DNA of 64,000 nucleotides from Eubacteriales bacterium. Lineage in GTDB: Bacteria; Bacillota; Clostridia; Oscillospirales; CAG-272. Under the pieces are notes generated by a model that was not told the DNA's origin, did no database searches, and saw only the letters and a program-made list of their open reading frames with translations. Where the stretch lies: the NCBI GenBank assembly GCA_045632925.1, contig JAZQXP010000057.1, forward strand, positions 1,126-65,125, written 5' to 3'. Positions 47,864 to 56,699 of the stretch are shown in pieces. Positions within the stretch are counted from its first letter, which is position 1, and the number at the start of each line of letters is the position of its first letter. The translations under genes were made by a program, and so were the position numbers.

Positions 47864-48583
47864 ATGGATTACGGTATTCAGCTTTACAGCATCAGAGATC
47901 TTGCAAAGGAAAATTTCGAGGAGGCAGTTGCAACAGCGGCGCGCCTCGGATATGCTTCTATAGAATTTGCCGGATTTTTCGGCAGAAGTTCCGAGCAAGT
48001 AAATAAGGCAATGAACGATGCGGGCATCCGAATCTGCGGTACACACAGCGGATGGGCGGACCTCGCAAACGATTACGAAAACACCCTCCGTTTCCATAAG
48101 GAGATCGGAAACAAGCATTACACGATCCCCGGCGCGGATCTTTCCACTCCCGAAAAGCTCCGCGATTTCGTTGAATTCTTGAATTTTATGACCCCGAAGC
48201 TTGCGGGGGAGGGCATTGAGCTCGCTTACCACAACCACGCGCGCGAGTTTATCGTGAACGATTTCGGTGTAAGAACGCATGACGTTCTTGCCGCTGAAAC
48301 AAAGGTAAACTTCGAGATTGACACATATTGGGCATTCGTCGGCGGAGAGGATCCCGTCAAGGTCCTTGAAAAGTACGCGCACAGAATGTCGCTGATCCAT
48401 CTCAAGGACGGTAACGCCGCAGGCAAGGGCAAGTCGCTCGGACTCGGCGAGGCTCCTCTTGCGGATATCGTCAGCGCGGCAAAGAGACTAGGCCTTTATA
48501 TGATCGTTGAGAGCGAGGGTCAGGATCCCGACGGACCCGCAGAGATCGGCCGCTGCATTGATTGGCTGAAGACAAATGGATAA
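47864..48583 (+). CDS. Sugar phosphate isomerase/epimerase (TIM barrel)
   Basis: GIQLYSIRD, YHNH..EF, EIDTYW, IHLKD, IVESE. Confidence 0.88.
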   Translation: MDYGIQLYSIRDLAKENFEEAVATAARLGYASIEFAGFFGRSSEQVNKAMNDAGIRICGTHSGWADLANDYENTLRFHKEIGNKHYTIPGADLSTPEKLRDFVEFLNFMTPKLAGEGIELAYHNHAREFIVNDFGVRTHDVLAAETKVNFEIDTYWAFVGGEDPVKVLEKYAHRMSLIHLKDGNAAGKGKSLGLGEAPLADIVSAAKRLGLYMIVESEGQDPDGPAEIGRCIDWLKTNG

Positions 48584-49949
48584 AATCGAATCGACCAAAA
48601 ATAAAAAACGCCGCAGACCTCTCGGTACGGCGGCGATAATGGCACTCGGATTCCTTGCGATCATCGTGATCGGAACTCTTCTTCTGATGCTTCCGATTTC
48701 GAGCACATCGGGACAGTTCACATCGCCATTGACTGCGGCGTTCACTGCGGTCAGCGCGACCTGCGTGACGGGACTTGTTGTGGTCGAGAGCGGAGTTTAC
48801 TGGAGCGTTTTCGGCAAATGTCTGATAATTCTGCTGATACAGATCGGCGGTCTCGGATTTATGACAATGGCGGTGCTCCTCTCGGTCATTATCAGACGGC
48901 AACTCTCCCCCCGCGACCGCGTTCTCGTTGCCGCATCCTACGGAATCAACGATTACGGCGGGATCAACGTCCTTGTCAAAAGGATACTCCTTGGCACTCT
49001 TGCGATCGAGGGAACGGGGGCTATACTGCTTTCAACCGTCTTCATTCCCGAATACGGTTTCGGAAAGGGGCTTGCCTACAGCGTTTTCCATTCGATCTCG
49101 GGCTTCTGCAACGCGGGATTTGATATCCTCGGAAACGGCAATTCGCTCGGCGCATACTCGGATAACCCTATCGTTTGCATCACGATAATGCTTCTGATCC
49201 TCCTTGGCGGTATCGGTTTCCCCGTCTGGAACGAGTTTATCGGAAGAAAAAAGGGACAGAGATTCAGCGTTTACACCAAATTCGTTCTGATCCTCAGCGC
49301 GGTCTACGTTCTCGGCGGTGCGATGATCATTGCCCTGCTCGAGTGGAATAATCCCGAAACTCTCGGGGCGATGAGTTTCGGCGAGAAGATTCTCAATGCC
49401 TTTTTTGAATCGATGACCTGGCGTACCGCGGGTTTCATCACCTTTGACAACGCGCCTCTCGGCGACGGTACGAAGCTTCTCGGATGCTTTATAATGTTCA
49501 CGGGCGGTGCTTCTGCATCGACCGCGGGCGGCGTGAAGCTTGCGACGATCGGTATCATCGCGCTGGCTTCCTACACGGTTGCCGTTGGTCGGAGCGAGAT
49601 CAATTTCATGCGCCGCCGAATACCTTACTCTGCGGTATTGCAGGCTCTCGCGCTTGTCGTCATTCAGCTTGTTCTGACCGTGACGGCAACGCTCATCTGC
49701 ATTTCAGCCTGCAACGGAATGGGATTTTCCGCGATCGATCTGCTTTACGAGGTTGTTTCGGCGGGTGCCACCGTCGGAATATCCGCGGGACTCACCCCAA
49801 GCCTTCCCGTCGCGGCAAAGATTACCTTGATGTTTATGATGTATTTCGGGCGCGTCGGAATTCTGACGATAACCTGCTCGCTTATGGGACGCGTATCGGG
49901 CTCGCATTCCGCGATAACGTATCCCGACGCCAATATTTTGATAGGATAG
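48576..49949 (+). CDS. ktrB: Trk/Ktr potassium uptake membrane subunit
   Basis: FTAVSATCVTGL, IQIGGLG, SGFCNAGF, RTAGF, GGVK, GATVG, GRVG. Confidence 0.9.
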   Translation: MDKIESTKNKKRRRPLGTAAIMALGFLAIIVIGTLLLMLPISSTSGQFTSPLTAAFTAVSATCVTGLVVVESGVYWSVFGKCLIILLIQIGGLGFMTMAVLLSVIIRRQLSPRDRVLVAASYGINDYGGINVLVKRILLGTLAIEGTGAILLSTVFIPEYGFGKGLAYSVFHSISGFCNAGFDILGNGNSLGAYSDNPIVCITIMLLILLGGIGFPVWNEFIGRKKGQRFSVYTKFVLILSAVYVLGGAMIIALLEWNNPETLGAMSFGEKILNAFFESMTWRTAGFITFDNAPLGDGTKLLGCFIMFTGGASASTAGGVKLATIGIIALASYTVAVGRSEINFMRRRIPYSAVLQALALVVIQLVLTVTATLICISACNGMGFSAIDLLYEVVSAGATVGISAGLTPSLPVAAKITLMFMMYFGRVGILTITCSLMGRVSGSHSAITYPDANILIG

Positions 49950-49956
49950 GTAAAAA

Positions 49957-50610
49957 ATGAAAAGCTTTTGTATTATAGGTCTCGGAAAATTCGGCACCTC
50001 GCTTGCAAACGCCCTCGTTGACGCGGGCAAGCAGGTTATGGTAATCGACACCGATTCCGAGAAGGTGACCGTGATCGCCGACAACGTGACGAATGCCGTC
50101 ATCGGTGACGCGACGAATATGGGTCTGCTCAAGGCTTCGGGCGTGTCGGATTACGACTGCGCCGTTGTCTGTATGACCGAAAATATCAGCGACATTATTC
50201 TGATCACGATCCAGCTCAAGGAGCTCGGCGTCAAATACGTTATCTCCCGTGCGGTCAACGACGGACACAAGAAGGTGCTTTGCCACGTAGGCGCCGACGA
50301 GATCGTTTATCCCGAGCACGATATGGGCGAGCGACTCGCCTTCAGACTCTCGAATGCGACCATCACCGATTTCGTGCAGTTCAAGGGATACAAGGTCGTT
50401 GAGATGGTCGTTCCCGAGGCGTGGGTCGGTAAGGACCTTATCACACTCAATCTCCGTAAGGCGTACGGCGTTAATATAATCGCAGTCAGATATAATGACG
50501 GCAGTATCGACGTTTCTCCATCGCCGACAAGAGAGTTCAATGCGGGCGAGATCGTTTCTGTCGTCGGCGACGACAAGGACATAGACCTGATGACGGCGAA
50601 GGTCAAGTAA
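49957..50610 (+). CDS. ktrA: Trk/Ktr potassium uptake NAD-binding (RCK) subunit
   Basis: IIGLGKFG, GADEIVYPE, LNLRKAYGVNII. Confidence 0.9.
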   Translation: MKSFCIIGLGKFGTSLANALVDAGKQVMVIDTDSEKVTVIADNVTNAVIGDATNMGLLKASGVSDYDCAVVCMTENISDIILITIQLKELGVKYVISRAVNDGHKKVLCHVGADEIVYPEHDMGERLAFRLSNATITDFVQFKGYKVVEMVVPEAWVGKDLITLNLRKAYGVNIIAVRYNDGSIDVSPSPTREFNAGEIVSVVGDDKDIDLMTAKVK

Positions 50611-51028
50611 TATTTTTCATAATCGAATTCAGCAGATCGCGCTCACCCGCGGTCTGCTTTTTTTCTTTGCCGCGTAAGCTCTGCCAGAGATCGCGCGCCT
50701 TTTTAAGTCGGCGGTAGACGGTTCTGTCGTCGCAATGAAGCTCGTCGGCGAGACGGCGCACACGAAGCGTGACTTCATTTACTCGCAGTCTGCGAGATGC
50801 GGCAATGAAATAGACGTCCCTGACCGCGCGGAGTGCGATCGTATCGCACGATAGCTCGAGCAAACGCAGAGTGTCGAAGACCGCGAGCATATCAAGCGCG
50901 GCAGAGTCGCGGCAGATCCCGCGTATTCGGCAAATTATTCCGAGCGCGGATTCCGAGCCGCAAAGCCCGAGCCGCGCATAAGTCCTGAAAGCGCGAACCG
51001 CCGCCTCATCCTTCGGTTCTTTTTTCAT
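50603..51028 (-). CDS. Hypothetical protein with C-terminal HTH, SOS-boxed
   Basis: AGGAGG RBS; LADELHCDDRTVYRRLKKAR HTH-like segment. Confidence 0.7.
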   Translation of the reverse strand: MKKEPKDEAAVRAFRTYARLGLCGSESALGIICRIRGICRDSAALDMLAVFDTLRLLELSCDTIALRAVRDVYFIAASRRLRVNEVTLRVRRLADELHCDDRTVYRRLKKARDLWQSLRGKEKKQTAGERDLLNSIMKNIT

Positions 51029-51041
51029 AATACCTCCTATA

Positions 51042-51088
51042 GAACAGATGTTCTATATTATTATACTACATAATTATGAGAATGTCAA
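51042..51088 (-). promoter_or_regulatory. Consensus SigA promoter plus LexA (Cheo) box
   Basis: Minus strand TTGACA(51088-51083)-17-TATAAT(51065-51060). GAAC-AGAT-GTTC at 51042-51053 lies between the promoter and the RBS. Confidence 0.75.
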
Positions 51089-51100
51089 GAGCTTGCGATG

Positions 51101-51475
51101 AATGTAAAATGCAGAATGCAAAATTCAAAATGCAAAATGCAAAATGCAAAATGCAAAATGCAAAATGAGGTAGCTTTTCGAACGTTGCTCGAAAAGCATA
51201 TTACAATAATTCTGTTTTGTCTTAATAATCCTTTGTCAGGTTTAAACCGATAATAAGCAAATAGAAAAATCGAGATGTAACGGAGCAAAAGCCTCAAAAC
51301 ATCTCGATTTTTTGTTAATTAATTCGTTTGACTAATAATTTTGCAAATCTTCGGATCAGCACTTTATAATAAGCTATCACGCAGAAACAAAATTATCGGT
51401 ATAATAATTTCCTAGCGAAGCGACGGAAATTTTCCTCAACTCTGCACTCTGCATTCTGCATTCTGCATTTTCATT
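51101..51475. repeat. Heptamer-armed giant palindrome ((TGCAAAA)n / (TTCTGCA)n arms, central hairpin)
   Basis: About 9 heptamers plus a TTTTCGA..TCGAAAA hairpin; inverse arm at 51406-51475; central AAAAATCGAGATGT..ACATCTCGATTTTT at 51265-51312. Confidence 0.85.
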
Positions 51476-52686
51476 CACTCCGGCAAAAGGCTTCCGTCCG
51501 CAAGCATATGCAGGTCCTTTTCGTGGATGAAGCAGATTACGTATGCCGGGTCGGTCTTTCCAATGACCGTCGGATTGAGCTCGGGGGATGTGCGATAGAT
51601 CGTGTTACCGAAGGTGTTTGAGAAATAGTCGATCATGATGATCTTATCCCATTCGGAAGAGAACTGGAACTGGATCCTCGGCATTGGCGGAAGCTCATCC
51701 TTGTAGTTTCGCTTCGCGTATGCCATATCGTATTCGTAATCCTCGAAGCTCAGATAAATCTGATATTTCTGAACAAAGTCGGTCGAGAGGGATACGGTTC
51801 GGTTTTTGATCTCGTTCTCGAGACTTGTTTTTCTGGCAAGAACCTTTCCGGCCGTCGTATGATGGACGAGGTCTCCCGCGTCAAGCTCGACGGGTGTGAC
51901 CTCCTTGCGAATAAATGAGGGAAGCTTATTCAGGACCGCGCGGTAGGCGTAATAGGCACCGCGGCTGTTGAGCGAATCCTCGGTGTTATTGTAAAGCTCT
52001 CCGTTTTCCTTGGCGTTGTGGAGCTTATCGGTAAGGTCGAGATAGTTTTGCACGGCTCTCTTGCCGAGATAGCGCGTTACGACCTTCAGCCTTGTGTCCT
52101 CGCTGATATTTCCCATATAGTCGGGCATGAGCTCGGGATATATCGTTTGCGAGTTTGGGATGATGATGAAATAGATCTCCGTACCGTGCTCTCTGTATTC
52201 CTCGGTAAGCTCGCTGATACCGTTGAAATAGCGGTTCAGCTCGCTTTCTGTCGGCTTGAGCTCACCGAAATAATCGGCAACGTAGCTATATCCCGTGTCC
52301 TCATCAACGGTCGGGAAGAGAAATTCATCGTCTCCGAGAAGGACTTCGGACGTGGGCAGGCGGTTGAAAAGATTGTAGTCTACCTTAATTATATTGCCTC
52401 GGATCTTCTTCGAGAGATAGAATGTATCGGCGAAATCCGAGATAATGATGTTCGGGTGATCCTCGCCGTCGTAGTAGTCGTCGACAAGCTCCTCCGAGCC
52501 GAGGTATGCAGAAACTCCGATATTGACAAGGAAGGAAAGCAGTATTCCGACAAAGAGCACGATGATGATCACGCCGAGGGCGCGAGAGCTCTTGCCGACG
52601 GGAAGTATGTTTTCTATATGCGATTCTGTGCCGATGTTGAGTCCCATAGGCTCATTCTGCTTGTAAAGCTGCTGCGGCGCGTTCAT
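51475..52686 (-). CDS. AlgJ/AlgX-like SGNH O-acetyltransferase homolog (catalytic motif degenerate)
   Basis: N-terminal TM; LGDDEFLF, IIPNSQTIYPELMP, LYNNTEDSLNSRGAYYAY (canonical TDxHWN..GAY). Confidence 0.7.
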   Translation of the reverse strand: MNAPQQLYKQNEPMGLNIGTESHIENILPVGKSSRALGVIIIVLFVGILLSFLVNIGVSAYLGSEELVDDYYDGEDHPNIIISDFADTFYLSKKIRGNIIKVDYNLFNRLPTSEVLLGDDEFLFPTVDEDTGYSYVADYFGELKPTESELNRYFNGISELTEEYREHGTEIYFIIIPNSQTIYPELMPDYMGNISEDTRLKVVTRYLGKRAVQNYLDLTDKLHNAKENGELYNNTEDSLNSRGAYYAYRAVLNKLPSFIRKEVTPVELDAGDLVHHTTAGKVLARKTSLENEIKNRTVSLSTDFVQKYQIYLSFEDYEYDMAYAKRNYKDELPPMPRIQFQFSSEWDKIIMIDYFSNTFGNTIYRTSPELNPTVIGKTDPAYVICFIHEKDLHMLADGSLLPE

Positions 52687-52701
52687 TTTGTTCTCCTTTC
52701 A

Positions 52702-54147
52702 TCAGAATATTATGTCGCGGAAGGGCTCTGTTGCGAGCGATGGATACTGGGGAAGATAATAGTAAATGCAAAGCACGAATACCGCCAGGATCAGAAGCGA
52801 CCAGCACCATCTGACGGGCGCGAATTTTACGAAGGGGGATTGATGCCTTTGGGAAATGACACCAAGTATCATAGGAAGCTGAACGAGGAGTATCAGCGCA
52901 AGCACCAGAGGAAATTCAAGGTTAAAGAAGGTCTGGTTGATCAGGTAGGACTGTAGCGGCATCGCGAAGGTCATATTACCGAAAACGATCTCAAGGCTCG
53001 ACATATCGCGGGTCTTGATAAGCATCCAGAACACGATAACGAAGAGGTAGGTTACGATAAAGGAGAGCGGCTTTAGGCATTTATGTTTATTAAGGAAGGC
53101 TCCGATGTCGAACATTCCGTCAAGAATTGCGGGAAGCAGGAGGATAGCTATTGCAGGCAGGACCTTGATTCCGATCTTGAACCACAAAAGCAGAGCGAGC
53201 GCGCAGACGGAGGATACCACGGCGTTCAGCATACGCGCGCGGGCTCCCTGTTTGTTCTCGATATCAAGGGCTCTTGTGAGAGGCGCGCGGATATAATCTG
53301 CGATCCAGGAGGAGAGGCTCGAGAGGAAGTTCCTTGCGTACTGCATGGGGGTGCAGACGAGTATGCAGGATCCGAAATCGGGGGCAAGATGTATTCCGAG
53401 CATCGCGGATATGCCTCGCGCCATATCCGAATATCCGGAAAAGCCGAAGTATACCGAAACGAGCAACAGCAACGCGAGCATCAAACCTACGTCAAGGCTG
53501 ATGGGCTCCTCGGTGAAGTGCAGAAGCCTTTCAACGATCGAGTCGTAATATTCGTCGACGATCGCCGCGATTGCAACTCTCTTGATGAATCCGCGGACGA
53601 AAAGCATTATACCCGAGGCGACTCCGGGCGCCGAAAAGTGCATATTTTCGGGCTTGATCATCTCCTCAAAATGCTTGTATTTGATTACGGGACCGGCGAT
53701 CATAACGGGGAAGAAGGTGACGTAGGTCAGTACGTCGATGAAGCTTCGCGGCATTTTTGCGTCGCCTCGCCGAACGTCTGAAATGCAGGAGAAGGAGGCA
53801 AGCAGGTAGAAGGATGCTCCGATGGGGAGATACTGTCTTGCGGCATCCTCATCAGCCCATACGCCGAGGTATCTGAGCACCGCCAGCGCGCCGATAAGTA
53901 CGACTGTGACGAAGATCATAACGTATCTGCTGCGCACGCTGAAGACCGCGAAGGTCGCGCAGTAGGTGAAGATCGCGCAGATCAGCAAAAAGAGGATCGA
54001 TGCGGGGCTTTCAAGATTCGCAAGAGTATAGAAGGCGATGCTGAAGGCACATATTGCACGAGGTCTGTATTTCGGCGGTGTCAGGGTGTAGATGCCGAGC
54101 ATTATGGGTAAAAAAAGCAGCAGAAAAACAGGTGACGTGAATAACAT
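52702..54147 (-). CDS. MBOAT family AlgI/DltB-like protein (catalytic His absent)
   Basis: MLFTSPVFLLLFLP, LPIGASFY, FFPVMIAGPVIKY, FSGYSDMA; the WHG motif is replaced by WFK. Confidence 0.85.
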   Translation of the reverse strand: MLFTSPVFLLLFLPIMLGIYTLTPPKYRPRAICAFSIAFYTLANLESPASILFLLICAIFTYCATFAVFSVRSRYVMIFVTVVLIGALAVLRYLGVWADEDAARQYLPIGASFYLLASFSCISDVRRGDAKMPRSFIDVLTYVTFFPVMIAGPVIKYKHFEEMIKPENMHFSAPGVASGIMLFVRGFIKRVAIAAIVDEYYDSIVERLLHFTEEPISLDVGLMLALLLLVSVYFGFSGYSDMARGISAMLGIHLAPDFGSCILVCTPMQYARNFLSSLSSWIADYIRAPLTRALDIENKQGARARMLNAVVSSVCALALLLWFKIGIKVLPAIAILLLPAILDGMFDIGAFLNKHKCLKPLSFIVTYLFVIVFWMLIKTRDMSSLEIVFGNMTFAMPLQSYLINQTFFNLEFPLVLALILLVQLPMILGVISQRHQSPFVKFAPVRWCWSLLILAVFVLCIYYYLPQYPSLATEPFRDIIF

Positions 54148-54354
54148 TTCTATCTCCTCCTTTTCTGCTTAATATAATTCGATATAATATATTAATATAA
54201 TATCACATTCGCGGGAATAATTCAAGAGCTATGCCGTTTCGGTAAAATAAGTTAATAAAAAAATATACAATTTGTCAAAAAAGCATTGACAAATGAAGAG
54301 AAATATAGTAAAATTAAACTACCAAAATTTAATAACCTGGAAAGGAATAGCACT

Positions 54355-55935
54355 ATGAAAAAAGCTTTATCACTCGTGCTGTTTGCAGCAATGCTCATTT
54401 CCCTCGTTGCATTCAACATCAATGCGGCTTGGGACGGCACAACCGTTTCCGCATCCCTTAAGGGTGAAGGAACTGCAGACTCCCCCTACCTCGTTGAGTC
54501 CGCTGAGGATCTTGCATATCTCGCAAAGTCCGTAAACGAGGGCAACACCTATGAGGGCAAGTACATCATTCAGACTGCCGATATCGATCTCGGCGGCAAG
54601 GAATGGACTCCTATCGGATTCCAGAAGATCAACGGCGCTGAAGTTGACGCTCCCTTCTCGGGTGTTTACAGCGGCCTCGGTCACAAGGTAACCGGTCTTT
54701 GGATCTCCAAAGTTCCCACAAACCACACAGGTCTCTTCGGATACGTAATGTCCGGTGAGGTCGAGGCGGGTATCGCAAACCTCACCGTTGAGGGCGCGAT
54801 CACTCTCGACGGCGTAGCTTCCTCCAATATCGGTATCGGCGGTATCGCAGGCTCGGTAGGCAAGGACACCTCCGCTTTCAAGGCAAACGTAGTTCTTGCA
54901 AACTGCACTTCGAACGTTGCTGTTACTCTTACTAACTGCACCGCAGAGCCCAGAGTCGGCGGTCTTACCGGTTACGTCTTCTACGGTAAGGTTCAGAACT
55001 GCGTATCGAACGGCGACGTAAGTGTTACCGCTTCGAACCAGACCAGAGTTGCAGGCTTCGTAGGCCAGACCAACCGTACACACTTCCTCAACTGCGTATC
55101 GAACGGCACCGTATACGGTGAGGTTACCGTTGGCGCAAAGGCAGGCAGAGTTGCAGGTATCGCATCCGTTATCACCCGTGGCGGCGTTAAGGGCGACGAG
55201 GACAACGCAACCTACACCATATTCGAAAACTGCATCAACAACGGTGCCATCACCGGTAAGGGCATGCAGAACGTATGGGTAGCAGGTATCGGCGCTGACT
55301 TCTACGTAAACGCAGGTACTTGGGCAGGCAAGGACGCACGCGTTAAGTTCATCAACTGTGTAAACACCGGCGCTATCTACTCCGAGACCAACAACACCGG
55401 ATTCTTCCCGCACGCGGGCGGTATCGCAGGCTACACCCAGAACGGCTACACCGAGTACGAGTTCATCGGCTGTGTAAACAACGCAGAGATCTCGAGCGTA
55501 GGCGGTAAGGAAGTACGTGCAGGCGGCATCGTAGGTTCGGTTTACGCAAAGGCAGCTGAGTACAAGTTCGATCAGTGTGTCGCTATCGGCGAACTCAAGT
55601 CCACTTGCTTCTCACTTGCAAACAAGGATACCGCTCTTGCAACCTCCACAGCAAATGCTGACGCGGCTACGATCATTGCAGCGATCGCCAACGTTGAAGG
55701 ACAGCTGAAGCCCTCCGAGCTCACAATCGCAGGCTTTGATCCATCCAAGGGACTCCCTGAGCCCGAGGTTACCGAGCCCGAGACCACTCCCGCTCCCGAA
55801 ACCACAGAGCCCGCTCCCGAGACCACAGCTCCCTCTGAGGCTGAGCCCACCGGCGACTCCGCTCTGGTCTTCGTAGCAATCGCTATCATCTCCCTCTGCG
55901 GAGTTGCAGTTGTTGCAAAGAGACGCGAGAACTAA
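54355..55935 (+). CDS. Cell-surface beta-helix/GLUG-motif protein with PETT linker and C-terminal anchor
   Basis: Signal peptide; GEGTADSPYL, ADIDLGGKEWTPIG, repeated GGIAG / NCxNxG; (PETT)n; PTGD + TM + KRR tail. Confidence 0.8.
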   Translation: MKKALSLVLFAAMLISLVAFNINAAWDGTTVSASLKGEGTADSPYLVESAEDLAYLAKSVNEGNTYEGKYIIQTADIDLGGKEWTPIGFQKINGAEVDAPFSGVYSGLGHKVTGLWISKVPTNHTGLFGYVMSGEVEAGIANLTVEGAITLDGVASSNIGIGGIAGSVGKDTSAFKANVVLANCTSNVAVTLTNCTAEPRVGGLTGYVFYGKVQNCVSNGDVSVTASNQTRVAGFVGQTNRTHFLNCVSNGTVYGEVTVGAKAGRVAGIASVITRGGVKGDEDNATYTIFENCINNGAITGKGMQNVWVAGIGADFYVNAGTWAGKDARVKFINCVNTGAIYSETNNTGFFPHAGGIAGYTQNGYTEYEFIGCVNNAEISSVGGKEVRAGGIVGSVYAKAAEYKFDQCVAIGELKSTCFSLANKDTALATSTANADAATIIAAIANVEGQLKPSELTIAGFDPSKGLPEPEVTEPETTPAPETTEPAPETTAPSEAEPTGDSALVFVAIAIISLCGVAVVAKRREN

Positions 55936-55967
55936 TAAAAAAGAGCGCTTCGGCGGTCTTTTTTATT

Positions 55968-56111
55968 AGGTAAGAGGTAAGAAGTAATAGTGAAGAAGTA
56001 TGGAAACTTTTCTCGCAAGGCTCGAAAAGTATTATAATTAAAATGAAAATTTTCGAGCGAAGCGACGGAAATTCACCATACTTCTTGCCTATTCACTATT
56101 ACCTCTTCCTT
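55968..56111. repeat. Short heptamer-armed palindrome ((TAAGARG)n arms) between two terminators
   Basis: GGTAAGAGGTAAGAAGTAATAGTGAAGAAGTATGG + hairpin ... hairpin + CCATACTTCTT..CTATTCACTATTACCTCTT. Flanked by terminators at about 55936-55966 and 56113-56142. Confidence 0.7.
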
Positions 56112-56142
56112 TAAAAAGCCGCCTCTTCGGAGGCGGCTTTTA

Positions 56143-56385
56143 TTATGCTTTTACGATGTAATTTTCGATCTCTGTGAAGAAGGGATCTGCGCTGCTTGTA
56201 TGAGCGGTAAGCTCAAGCTCCTCTCTGAGGTCGAGGCAGAACATGCCCATGATCGATTTTCCGTCAACCGTGTAGCGGCCCGACTTGAGCTCGATATCAA
56301 AGTCGTACTTGCCTGCAACAGCGACGAAATTGTAGAGATCTGCGATCGTAACAAGACGGATCTTTACTACTGTGATTGTTTCCAT
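56143..56385 (-). CDS. HPr-family protein (retains the Ser46 motif, lacks His15)
   Basis: VDGKSIMG motif; no GLHARP. Confidence 0.85.
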   Translation of the reverse strand: METITVVKIRLVTIADLYNFVAVAGKYDFDIELKSGRYTVDGKSIMGMFCLDLREELELTAHTSSADPFFTEIENYIVKA

Positions 56386-56699
56386 AATTTGTACCTCCGT
56401 GGATTTTTATATCAATAATATTTTACCATTACAGAGGATAAATGTCAATAAGAAAATCGTGAATTTGAGCGAAAAATCGTACGACATTTTGCGTCAATTT
56501 AATTTACCTTTTTTACATCTTCGACAATATTATACAAATATATAACAAAATCGTTATATAAGCATAAAACTAAAACAAAAGTCAAATAAAAAATATTCGA
56601 CAAACATCTAATAAAAAAGATTAAATCGGGTATTGCAAAATGGATAAAAATGTTGTATAATATTATATATAAGTATGTGATTTATTAAAGGACAATAAT

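Noticed and set aside
51085-51297. Short ORFs with ILHFAFC / MQNAK / TVHCPL repeats (also 41674-41886)
   Set aside because: Translations of the heptamer DNA repeats; no RBS or coding signal.
55759-55830. Tandem CCCGAGACCAC repeats
   Set aside because: They encode the ordinary PETT/PEPE linker of a surface protein.
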